A stretch of DNA of 64,000 nt, taken from positions 30,690,001-30,754,000 of the forward strand of contig CATNEN010000038.1 of NCBI GenBank assembly GCA_950097015.1, read 5' to 3'. The position numbers and the translations under genes are program-made. The DNA is from Macrostomum hystrix. Lineage: Eukaryota > Animalia > Platyhelminthes. Positions 1-12,100 of this stretch are shown here, piece after piece. Under the pieces are notes generated by a model that worked only from the letters and a program-made list of their open reading frames with translations, did no database searches and was not told the DNA's origin. Each line of letters opens with the position of its first letter. The stretch's first letter is position 1.

Positions 1-263
1 ATTCAAATGATTACTTCTGCAAAATTGTTACACTCATTATTGGACTAAGAAAACAGAAAGCCACACAAAACGCTGATAAGCGACCTAGTTTTAGCCTAAA
101 TCTTGAAGGCTGCAATTAAGCATACGTATATTGCATTGGATTTTACGCATGGACTAAAAATACTACCTGATGAGTAAGTTGACCGAATTTCATTTGGATG
201 AAAACCAGACTAGAGTTAGAAAGTGAAATTTGGGAAAATTAAAAGAAAGCTTTTAACTAGAGA

Positions 264-1200
264 AATGAGACAGGGTGAGAGTTTCTAGAAGACAAGAGAG
301 AGATAAGACGGGGGAGATTCTCGATGAGAGAGATCAGACATAGGAGAGATGAGACAGGGGAGAGATGAGACAGTGGAGAGATGAGACAGGTGAGAGATGA
401 GACAGGGGAGAGATGAGACAGGGGAGAGATGAGACAGGAGAGAGATGAGACAGTGGAGAGATGAGACAGGGGAGAGATTAGACAGGGGAGAGATGAGACA
501 GGGGAGAGATGAGACAGAGGAGAGATAAGACAGGAGAGAGATGAGACAGTGGAGAGATGAGACAGTGGAGTGATAAGACGGGGGGAGATTCTCGATGAGA
601 GAGATCAGACATAGGAGAGATGAGACAGCGGAGAGATGAGACAGGGGAGAGATGAGACAGGGGAGAGATGAGACAGGAGAGAGATGAGACAAAGGAGAGA
701 TGAGACGGGAGAGATTAGACAGGGGAGAGATTAGACAGGGGAGAGATTAGACAGGGGAGAGATTAGACAGGGGAGAGATGAGACAGGGGAGAGATGAGAC
801 AGTGGAGAGATTAGACAGGCGAGAGATCAGACATAGGGGAGATGAGACAGGGGAGAGATGAGACAGTGGAGAGATTAGACAGGGGAGAGATTAGACAGGG
901 GAGAGATGAGACAGGGGAGAGATGAGACAGGAGAGAGATGAGACAGTGGAGAGATGAGACAGTGGAGTGATAAGACGGGGGAGATTCTCGATGAGAGAGA
1001 TCAGACATAGGAGAGATGAGACAGGGGAGAGATCAGACATAGGGGAGATGAGACAGGGGAGAGATTAGACAGGGGAGAGATGAGACAGGGGAGAGATTAG
1101 ACAGGGGAGAGATTAGACAGGGGAGAGATTAGACAGGGGAGAGATGAGACAGGGGAGAGATGAGACAGGGGAGAGATGAGACAGGGGAGATCAGACATGA
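264..1200. repeat. 18-bp purine-rich minisatellite (GAGAGATGAGACAGGGGA)n with internal block duplications
   Basis: Directly visible tandem array. The variant block GATAAGACGGGGGAGATTCTCGATGAGAGAGATCAGACATAGG recurs at ~302, ~571 and ~969. Confidence 0.95.
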
Positions 1201-1973
1201 CTGGGATTTAAGACAGGGAACGCGGGATGAGATGTAGAGATGAGACAGATAATTATTTTGTTGTAGTTAAGAGCCTGGGCTAGATTTATGAGCTTAGCGT
1301 GCTTTTCCATCGAAGAAAGTAAGAATGACCAGAATAGCAGAATAAAATCAATGGGTAGTGCCTGGTCGACACTCCTGACACATATTGACAATTATAGGAA
1401 ATCATCTTCCGGCAGCAATTGACATTGCAATCGAGAGAGTCTTAGCAATCTACCTAGTCTATTGTTGGCAAGCTATTCACAATGTTCACAATTTTTTCGA
1501 TCGATTTTAAAAAGTTGCTTGAAATGTGGCCTTCTTTTGTTGCTGGGGTCTACAGTACAGCTCCCTTACTATTCTTTCCTTCTCTTTATTTCTTCTAGGG
1601 AAAGGTGCCATGAAGTAAAATTGCTTCCGCTTTCCTGATTTCCATCTTTCCTGAAGATGCAGCAGGGTACTCAAATTAAGCTATGGAGATAGGCGAGTTT
1701 AGAAAGGGAGAGAGAATAAAGAGAACAGGGGATAGTTAGCGAGGAAGAGAGATGAGAGATGAGATGAGAGATGAGAGGTGAGATGGACAGTGGGGAGAGA
1801 ATTTAAAAGAGAGGCGGAGAAGTAGACGCTGAGGTAGAGAAGTGGACTCAAGGAAGGAGGCAGAGAGAAGACAAGAAGATAAAAATGTTTGATATTGTGG
1901 AAGAGATGAAGGAATGGGACATTGAGAAGGACCTCTCTTTTCTGTACTCTTAAAATAGTAATAATCCTTTATC

Positions 1974-2284
1974 AATAATTAATAATAGTAATAATCGATT
2001 ACACCTGCCCCAATTGGGCCAGATGTGCAGCCGGCAGCACAGCCGCAGCTATTGCGCGCCGCATCTGAAAACTGCGTACGGCTGTTCAGTCCATGGACTG
2101 GAGCCACACTCAGCCTTAATCACCCCAGCTGATGCTGGTACGCTTTTAACAGCTGGGTGAACTGAAGCAATGCAGAGTTAATTGTCTTTCTAAAGGACAC
2201 GAGTTGTTACAGTGGAGTCGGGAATCGAACTCCCGACCTTTAGTTCGTAAGTCCGACGCTCTTAACCACTGGACTACAATCTCC
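1974..2284 (-). mobile_element. tRNA-derived SINE (family A) with Nin/Deu-like core, apparently full length
   Basis: The minus strand starts with a tRNA-like head carrying an A box (TAGTCCAGTGG) and a B box (GAGTTCGATTCC). The core GTGTCCTT..AAGACAATTAAC..TTGCTTCAGTTCACCCAGCTGT..GTACC resembles the Nin/Deu SINE domain. It ends in an (ATT)-rich tail, and related copies occur at 8215 and 14668. Confidence 0.8.
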
Positions 2285-3370
2285 GGACATACTAACTAAT
2301 GCGTCGTCATTAAATCTCAAAATCACAACCATGATGCCTCCGTCATGTATTCCTAAGCAGCTATTTTGTTAAAACACAACTTTTACTTTCAATTTATTAC
2401 TGTGACGAACAGAAGCTTACCGCTCAGTAAAAGATGGGCACACAGAGCCAAGCTAGTTGTTATCAGAAGCGGAGAAAATTCCACCGTAAAAATCATCTCG
2501 TGATTCCGATTATGATAATCGTCTTGCTTGCTTTTTTATTTATCCTTGCTTAGTTTTCATTTGTGGAAATCTGGAGTCAAACCCATGCGAAAATCGGAGA
2601 TTCAAGTATTTTTATGCTGGCTTGTGTCTACACACATTTTTATCAATTTGCTCTTTATTAACGGTCTGTAGAATTCATAGATTCAGTGAAAAATGCTGAC
2701 AGGAGTCCCACTATTGGCTGGAGAGCTGAGAGCCAATAGTGAGATAGAAAATTTCTTCAGATCTCGCTAGCGGGGGAGAAAATGAGCAAGAATGAGAATT
2801 TATGTGGAAGAGAAACAGTAAGTTTTAAACCTGTTTTCTTTTACTTTTAGAAAAATAATGTTTTTAATGGCTCAACTTTTATACATTACAAAGAAGCTTC
2901 TATACATTTCTGCATGCTCAATTTAGTCACTAGTTTCATTGTTATGTATTAGTCGTTAAGAGTAAATTCATAAAAAATCTCAGAAATTTCAGACGATAAC
3001 TAAAAGTGCAACAGAAAATCACTTTATCAAGGCAAAGTTTCTGTCGTAAAAAATTAGAATATTTCCCGCCATCAAGTTTATGAGTGCATATAATCTTTTC
3101 TGATTAGCATCTGAAAAAATCAAGCATCAGATTTAAAAGATTTGGTCATAGACTATTGTTTTTTGAATCGAGTAGACGAGCCGAATTAAGCTTGCATGGA
3201 TTGGAACCATAGACGAAGCGTCTTCGGTACAGTTTGGAAAGCGCTATGCGGGCATCGCTTGTGCGTGAGAGCACAGCAAATTGACTAAAAGTGACAGCGC
3301 ACACGAATAAGGAGTTATATTTTCGAGTCTAGGACTAGTCACACGAAGGAATATCGTGTCGAATAAAATA

Positions 3371-6300
3371 ATGAATTCAGAGACTCACAACAATCCAAGT
3401 ACTCTGGCTGCTGTCAACACTATCCCGAGTCTTGACACGAAGACAGAGATTCGCTTCAAGACAGATTCTCAAAGCAAGAAAAAAAAGAAATCGAAGACTG
3501 ACTCGAAAACCGCTGAGTCGCAAGCAAAGGCGAATTCGAAGAGCAAAACTGATTCTCCAAGCAAGCTTGAGACCATCGTGTCAGAGTACAGCGAAGAGCT
3601 TCGAAATGAACCAGAAAATAGCTCTGATTCCAAGACAAAGTCCGACTCCAACACGAAGTCCGACTCCAACACGAAGTCCGACTCCAAGACGAAGTCCGAC
3701 TCCAAGACAAAGTCAGACTCCAAGACGAAGTCCGACTCCAAGACGAAGTCCGACTCCAAGACGAAGACCGACTCCAAGACGAAGACCGACTCCAAGACTA
3801 GGTCTGAATCTATTAATCATGTTGACAGCGTCGGCAAAATCGTCACCAAGTCCCAAACGACTAACACCATTAAGTCCAAATCGGAAGCTGGCAGCAAGGC
3901 GGACTCTGACAATAGCGATAAGCCAAATTGTGCTGGGATTGTTGAGCAGAGTCAGCAACAGCAACAACTAATGACAGCGATTGAGGAGCCCCAGATAGAG
4001 CACGATGGAGCGCAGAGAAGTTTGCAAGGTATCAAAAGTGATACAGCCAGCAGGCCAGAGTCTTCGAACGTCGAAATCGCAGGTGGCAGCTTCGACAGTT
4101 CCGTAGCCTGTCGTGGAAGTAATAGCACAAGCATCGACCAAGGCCTCCATTGTAGCGTCAGTGCTGGCGTCAGTAGTTCACGCAAGAGTAGCAACGTTGC
4201 GGCGCCGCTTGAAAGCCCGTCGTCTAGCCACAATTCTAAGTCGGCTGGTCCAAAGGAGAAAAAAAACCTAGAATCAACTAATCAGCAGCCTGACCAAAAT
4301 TCGGATTCTAAAGATTCTGATCCACTGTCTAAAACAAAAGATGAGAGTAAGTTCAGTTGTATTTTCCCCTGTCGATTCAAGTTTAGGTTATGAATTTAGT
4401 CTAGTTTAGTTCAGTTTAGTTAAATGTGGATTTAAGTGCTAGTGGTAGGACAGCATTGGTCCGATAAGTGATCTATATAATACTTTGCTTTTTTTATCGC
4501 AATCCTTTCTTTCGCAATCCTTCGTGGCGAAACCCGCAGAATCAAATGCGCTACTTTCGGAAGAAAAGAACCCGCAACTATTACCAACAAAGAATAACGA
4601 GTTGTACAACACAAAAATGGCTCTGGAAAAACTGGATGCTCATCCATCTCTCAAGATGCGACGCGATGGAAAGTATTATCTTAAGATGAAGGATACGTTA
4701 ATTGAAGAGCACCCGAAGGTGAAAAAAAATAAACGCGGCGAAGTGGTACCAACCATCGTCAAAGAGAAGATTGGTGTGATTGAACATGTTTTCAGCCGTT
4801 TCTGTGAGGATGTTCTGAGCATCAGTAGAGCACAGTTTTTACCTTTGTCATCCCAAGGCGAGCGCCATGTGATTTGGGTCGGCAAGAAGAAGGCCAATCA
4901 CATTATTCGCTACCTGAAAGGAAACGGTTGCTACGTTGTTAACCGCTTTCCTGGTGATATATTTGTCAAGGACAAGCAAGTCATGGGTATTATAATGAGA
5001 GACCACATGCTCTCGCGCAACAACAAATGCTACTGGAAGTGCGGCTTGCCCAAAGAGGATATCCTGAAACCGAGTAAGGCAAAAGAGAATGAGGACGAGA
5101 ATCCTATTACATACCGCATCTGTCGCCACATGGTCCAAACAATGCGCGTGGACGAGGAGGGCTGCTCTGATAAAAGCTGCTATAATTTCGAAAAGAATGT
5201 CTGCAAGCACTTAAACGTTTTTATTCCGGAAGTGCAAAGCTTCTGCACGTACAACGCTCTGCAAGACTTCAGCAATCGATTGGAAGACGATCTCAAAGGC
5301 CAGACGTTTATCTGCAAGCCCGCCTACCTCTACAAAGGCTTTGGGTTCCGCTTCTTTCGCGCTTCAGCTGAATTCGAGGAATTCTTTCACATGACGGAGG
5401 GCAAGGAGACGTCCAGACACGATTTTATGGTGCAGCGACTGATTGACTCGCCATTTCTTTTCAAAGGTAAGAAGGTCGACATTCGAGCCTTTCTGTTGGT
5501 GATCACACTCCGGTACCGGCGTGTAATCACCTTCATCCACTACGGATTCTGCCGGGTGGCCAGCGCTGTATTAGAGGATAAAGAAGAGGACGACGAGTTG
5601 CAGGCTGAAGAAGAGAAACCTGTACAAAAGGTCGACAACTACGAGATGGACATGAGAATGTTAGTCTGCACCTATGAAACAGCGGAAGAGAAAATGGACC
5701 GGGCCAAGCGAATGGAGAGTGGCGAATTTTACGATGAGTCGAATGATCGATCTCAGGAGCTGCATATCGTCTGGCCGCAAGAAGAAGACCTAAAGAAGAT
5801 AAAGAAACAGATAAAAAACATCGGCCTTCGCATCAGTCAGGCTATTGAGAACAAAGTTTGGGACGCATTTGGTTGCTTCCAGATCTTTGGACTAGATCTC
5901 TGCGTGGACGAGGACTTGAAGGTGAGAAGCGGGGCTAAAATTAATTTAATATTATTTTATTACAGCTATCTTTTTTCTCTACATGTCTCTCGATTCTTTG
6001 AAAAATCAGGTCTGGCTACTCGAGATCAACAGCCACGCTATGAGCCAAGTAGACACACTGAGCCCAACGCAGCGAAAAGTCGTGCCAGCCGTGATCATGG
6101 AAGCTCTTGGCCTAGTCGTGGAAACCACCTACAAGTCGTTCCATCATCTGCGCCTCCGCAAGAGTCCAACAAATGAGTTCGAAGAAACTGGGTTCCTGTT
6201 CCGTCAGAACTACGAATTCATATTTAGCACGTTGGCGAAGAAGCGACTGGACTACGTCTGGCCCAACCCGCCACGGAAGCCGGATCCACCGTTCTTTGTG

Positions 6301-6438
6301 CGCATCGGCGTTGTCGACCAACAGATCAAGGATGTAGACGAGCGCAAGAAGGCCTGTCTGGCCATGAAGATTGCCGTGCATGAGGAACAGCTGGCACTGA
6401 GGCGAAAGCGCAATGCAAAGGATGAAGAGGAATCGTAG
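3371..6438 (+). CDS. TTLL10: Tubulin-tyrosine-ligase-like protein, TTLL10 (polyglycylase)-like, divergent; exons 3371-4346, 4540-5921, 6010-6438 (~928 aa)
   Basis: GT-AG junctions are phase-consistent (1, 0). TTL motifs: FICKP, VQRLIDSPFLFKGKKVDIR, and FQIFGLDLCVDEDLK|VWLLEIN. The downstream KVVPAVIMEALGLVVETTYKS resembles the TTLL10 C-terminal helix. The N-terminus is low-complexity and S/K-rich. Confidence 0.8.
3625..3800 (+). repeat. Coding 18-bp tandem repeat (KSDSKT)n in TTLL exon 1
   Basis: GACTCCAAGACGAAGTCC units, about 9 copies, in frame. Confidence 0.9.
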
Positions 6439-7268
6439 TCGATGGTTCTTCATTCTCCGTTATAGAGTGCCTCTGGAATTAAATTTCTCATGCCTCTCTA
6501 GGCTGACACAATCAATGTCTGACTATCCCACTTTCATAACACCTTCATTCATTTGACTAATTAAGTCCGATCGAGAGTCATAATTTTTCTTAGTTCATCG
6601 CGATCGATTAAGAGTATGAAATCAAGCCGTTACTGAATGTAAGCCGGTGCGGTGCTGACACCGAGACACTCGGCAAGCGACATGGCTCTTGCGAGTACGA
6701 ACCGTGAAAAAATAAATATTTCATTTGGAATTTTCCCTATTTTGCCACGTTGGAACGTGGAGGACAAACATTTATTTTAGTTTTTTTGCAGTTCGACTTT
6801 TTTTTGAGTGACAGAATTGATTGTCAGATTAGTGTATGTTTAACTAGCGAGGCTCAAAATATGAAAAAATGAGAAACTATAGTTTTACTTCAGCCGAGTT
6901 TTAGTTTTAGTTTTACTGGCCCGACACTGGCCTAACCCTACACGCCCTACTCTGCGGACGAGGCCCTGTTATCTACGCTGTCGGCGCTGCTCCGACAGAT
7001 CCTATCGGTTAGCACTCTTTCTGCCAGACGGCGGAGTCTCCGAAGAGAGCAATAACTGACTTTGACTGCAGACACCTATCCAGACCACTCTTGAGCAACG
7101 GCGCATTCTCAAGACGCGGAACGCCGAGACCTACCTAACTGACAAGCAGCTTGTGGTCGGGAATGGGATGGAACAATCAAAGCTGGGCAATCACACGCTT
7201 AGAGCGCGACTTTCTTGCTTCTCACGAGGTGAGGCGAATCAGGCGGTCTAGGCGACAATGGGCCGAAG

Positions 7269-8075
7269 GTGATGAGAGCCGACAACAACGACAACAAAGC
7301 CTTTGTCCAAACCAGCGATGGCCCAACTGAGGAGTTCTGCACAAGCTCCAGACTTCTCCAAGGTGACACGCTGTCCCCGCTGCTCTTCATCCTTGTCGTC
7401 GACTACGTGCTGCGCCGAAGCCTCACACAGGAGGACAGCTACCTGCTGATGCCACGCCGGAGTTCCCGCCACAGGGCTGTCTCCCTGCCCGCTCTCGCGT
7501 ACGCAGACGACATCGCTCTACTGTACGGCAGTCCGGCTGCCGCCAAGAGAGCGCTCTCAAGACTGTGAGGAGAGCGCCCTTTGTCGGACTTCAAATCTAC
7601 GCGCGCAAGACGGAGGTGCTGCACGTGGGCACCGACGACACAGCACCATGAATCCTGACCCTGGCACCAATGGCAGCTGCCAGATGGAAAGTCATCTCGG
7701 TCTGCCAAGACTTCCGGTACCTGGGCTCCCTCGTGCTGAGCCCTGACTCCATCATCGCTGACCGCCGGAGGTCGCAGGCCTGGCGCGCCGTGCATCTCCT
7801 CCGGAAGGTTTTCATCTCCACTGCCAACGATGACCTGAAGATGCGCCTGTTTCTCGCTACTGAAGGAGCCAGTCCTGCTGTATACGGACTGGAGGCATTG
7901 CCGATGACTGAATCAAGGTCTCGAGGTCTCGAGCCCTGCACTGGACGCTGCCTACCGATCGCTGCTGCGGTTCGCACTTGGCATCCACTCCTTGAAACGG
8001 CAGCCGACGGACCTGCTGATGGCGGGAGCCCGTGTGCCTCAGTCAGTATAAATATATACCTTTATATATATATGT
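7269..8075 (+). mobile_element. Degenerate, 5'-truncated non-LTR retrotransposon reverse transcriptase fragment (RTE-like group)
   Basis: RT motifs QGDTLSPLLFILVVDYVLR and LAYADDIALL, then GLQIYARKTEV, DFRYLGSLV and KMRLF..YGLE in different frames (frameshifts and stops). TA-rich 3' end. Confidence 0.85.
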
Positions 8076-8214
8076 AAGGTAACCCACCGAAAGGACAACT
8101 AAAAAATAGGACGCGAAAAATATTGTAGGCTCGTTAGTATACTGATTGCTTATTGGCCGTTCCATACGAATTCTCATAGTTGGCTTTTTGGACTGAGGTA
8201 ATCATAAGAGTAAT

Positions 8215-8419
8215 ATTATATTTATTTATTTTACCTACCCTGATATATAACAAATATGTAGCCGACAGCACACAGCCGCAGCAAATGCGCGGCGCATCAA
8301 GGCTGCGTACGGACGTGCAGTCCCGGCCATATGGACTTTAATTATAAGGATGCCATGCTTATCCACCCGATCATTACCTCAGTTATGAAGCTGGTACCCA
8401 TCTAACAGCAGATTAAACT
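8215..8419 (-). mobile_element. 5'-truncated SINE family A copy
   Basis: Matches 2025-2165: GCAC(A)CAGCCGCAGC..TGCGCG.CGCATC..CTGCGTACGG..CAGTCC and CTGGTAC..TAACAGC. AT-rich tail. Confidence 0.75.
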
Positions 8420-9193
8420 TTAATGTATCAAAACGAAAAGCACCAAAAGCGAAGAATACATAATATATGTATTTTATGTTTGGTAAAATACTGGTGAGGG
8501 CTCGACGCAACCAAGGCTATACGTACAGCTCTATAAGTTCAGTTCAGTCCACAGACGCGGGAGCGCAAAAGCTTACACTTACTTTGCTACCACATGAACA
8601 TGATCGTTTTTGGCTTGCTTACAGACACAAGTTCTTTAAACTTAAAAATAAGCAAAAAAATATTTCCAGACCTATATCGGGACGTGACTGAGAGACCGAA
8701 GCAAGTACTAACCACCCTTTAACCACAACTTCCATCGTACAGCTTCACGTTGTTGGATTGGAGACGAAGGTAATGAAAATGGCATTTCCTTTTCGTTTTA
8801 GTAGATTTTTAGGTGAATTGAAACATGTTTTTACTAAATACGGGTATACGGCTAGTTGGTGCATTAACGTAAATTTTTTGTGCTTTTTTGAATTCGGGAT
8901 TTCTAGGAACAACTGGTTACAGCCAACGAGCGCGTATGTTTAACTTGCACTTTATATGCGTTATGTGAGCCTTTTCACTTTTCACTGAGTATGAGCTTCT
9001 TTGTAGTTTTATAAATACTTGTTTTTTTCGAATTTGTTACCCTTATTGTAAAATGTATTTATATATAACATTGCTTTTGCATTAAGAAGTTAAGTTTAAA
9101 TTACATCATATTTCTTGTCTTAATACTGTTTTGGTGAACACGTGCATGCAATTTTTTTAAACACTGTATTCTTTAGTGATTTTTGATGGCAGA

Positions 9194-12100
9194 ATGACTG
9201 AATTCATATGTGTTAATATTACTATAAAGCAGAGACTACAGAATGAGCTAAAGGAGAACTTCTTCTGGTAAGTAAATAATCATGCAAGATGCAATTAGCT
9301 AAACTAGCTAGTTGCTATCATTTTTATTCAAGGCTTAGCAAGGGTTAAAAGTATTTTGTCTTCTACCAACTCATCTGCTATTAACTATTATTTTAATGAA
9401 ACTTCATACAAACTCATCTGCAATTGAAAAAATTGAAAAAAGCCATTTGCTTCTGCTTTAAGTGTGTCAAAAAAACAAAAGAAAATGTCATATTGGTATT
9501 GAAAAAATTCATATGTAATGCACAGGTTTATATTGATCATGTGCTTTATGTCTGTGTCATTTGTCTGCAGCACATCTAAACAAGATTTTACTTATTTTAA
9601 AGGCCTTTTCTTGTAGCCATGAAATCAAATGCTATATGCTCATAGCATTAATATTATTAATCTGCTCATGAGTTTTATTTGCCTACAAATAGGTCAATTT
9701 GTCTGTTAGCTAGCTATGACTTAGATAATGCTTTTTGGGAATGAGTGGTATATAATAAATATAATATCATTGCTCTAGAAAACAGTATATGTTAGGGGTA
9801 CCTGGACACTTCGTCATCTTACAACTTTGTCATCTAGATGATGATCTGTCCAATATCTCAGAGGGTGGATGACAAAGAGACTTATTAGACTTGTGGACAC
9901 TTCGTCATCTATAAAACAAAGGTTTTCAAAGTTAGAACAGAACCACCCCTTCCTACCCCTCCTCACATTGTGTTGGCACCTATCTTTCAACTCTTATAAT
10001 GAAATCAGTTTTGATACCTCTTTTTGACAATTTAGAGTGTGAAGTGTGTTCACACCTCTGCCCCTCCACCCCACCCTCACTTTATTGATGACAAACTTGA
10101 TTGCTTGTTATTAGTAGATGACAAACTGACCAAACTTTAGAGCATGCCAATTGGCTGGATGACAAAGTGTCCTACCTTCCAAGTGGATGACAAAGTTGTA
10201 AGATGACAAAGTGTCTAGGATCCTATGTTAGGTAAGCCTAGTAAATCCCATTTGGCTTGGCATCATTGTTATTACTTATATTAACCAGCTATTTTTTACC
10301 CAAATCCAATTCCTTGGCTTAAGTAGATAAAATTTCAATTTAGAAATAATAGCTATTGCCACTAACCATTGTGATGGCTTATGGCTTTTCTAATTAACTA
10401 AATTAATAACTAGTTAGCTTTTTGTATAATTAGTTTAGAAAACTATCTAAAACTATCTAAACTAATACAAAAAGCTAACTAGTTATTATTTTAGTTTAAT
10501 TTAATAGTTTAATAGTAATTTAATAGTTTTTAATTTAATAGCTAATAAACAATTACAAACAGCTAACTAGATATTATTTTAGTTTAATTGTAATCTTATT
10601 AGCTAAATAATATAGATATAAGCTGATATGGCAATTATAGCAGCTATTATAAGTAGCTACGTTATTATGCTTAATTTTGTAGTACTATCTTTATGTCTGG
10701 TACTAATGCATTTTCAAGTTAAAATAAAAAGTTTTTAAGCAGAAAAATTATATTTTCTTGCTCAACTCACTCATCTAGGTTTTTTAAGTACATATAGTAT
10801 TCTGCCTTTTAATTCAAGTTACTAATGGAATAACTAGTATCCTGTGTATATAACTTCTAACTTCTATATTAATCTATACAATTAGGTAAGAATATGCTCA
10901 GTTTATATACCTGATTGGGCTTTTGGGGACCAGTGATATTGGCTAAGTTTATGTAGGAGAACTGAAGATTTCTAAGGTGTAATTTAAGCCTAACAATAAA
11001 CCATTACACTTACTCTACCCCCTGTTAAACTTCATTTTGTTACCTGTTTCTTGCATAATAGCTAACAATTGTTCTTAGCTTAATTGTCTTAGAACTAGCA
11101 AAATGGAAGCTAAAGTAGCTAGTTAGAATGAAAAATTATTTGTAGTTGTAAAATTAGCTAGACAATAAATAATTTGTTGCTAAAGGCCAATAATCTAGAT
11201 GTTCACCAAAACCAAAGTTTTTATGTATCTGTATCCAAATCCATATCACCAAAATTTTCCCTTTGCCTATCCATTTCCATATTAGTAACAAAAAATTCCT
11301 TTAACTTCCTGTAACCTGTGTATCAGTAACCTGTAACCTGAAAGTGAAAGCTAAAGGACCAATAGGGTACTGGAATTGCGAAGCAAGGAAGACTGCAGCC
11401 AATGAGATTTCTAGCCCTTCCTGGTACTTAGCAGGTTTGGGGTGAAAAACCCTCTCCAACACCCCAAACATGCTTGTTGCATTGAAATCTGGATTGCTTG
11501 AGTCCCCAAACCACAGCAGGGAATTCAGAGTTCCATTGTAGGCAATCTAAAGTGTCTTCACATATCCTATTTTTCATATATATATATTTGAGAACTCAAG
11601 ATATGGAACTGAATACAGGAATCAGAAGTTCATGTTACTATATCCATATCTGTAACTTTATGTAGCTATGGCAGAACTCAACAATAGTCTATTTTAATGT
11701 AGCAATTACTATCTGGTAATAAGATAGCTATTATTATTATTATTATTTTTATAATGGCATTCTATAACATGTCACATAACACATTGTACTAAACAAAAAA
11801 TAGTTTATATAATGTAATAATGTCTTGATTTCTGATTTCCTGATGCTATATACAATTTCTGAGTCTATAGACTAGATGTATCTTGAATCTGTACTCAAGC
11901 TGATAGATATAGCTAGATAGGTTAGTAGATAGACAGGTAGATATTTCATAGCTGAGTGATTAGGTGAAATAAAGCAATGTAGACAATTTTTTTTGGTGCT
12001 AAAAAAGCAAAATGCTTTTTTGAGCTAGCTATTCTAAGATTTTAGACATTTAGATTTTAGGCAAATTTTAGGCCTCCAATATTTTGTGACTTATCATGGG

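Noticed and set aside
2214-2284. tRNA gene
   Set aside because: The anticodon and acceptor stems do not pair properly, and the sequence continues into a SINE body and tail.
3432-3971. Arg/Pro-rich protamine-like alternative ORF
   Set aside because: Shadow frame of the TTLL exon-1 repeat, with no ATG start.
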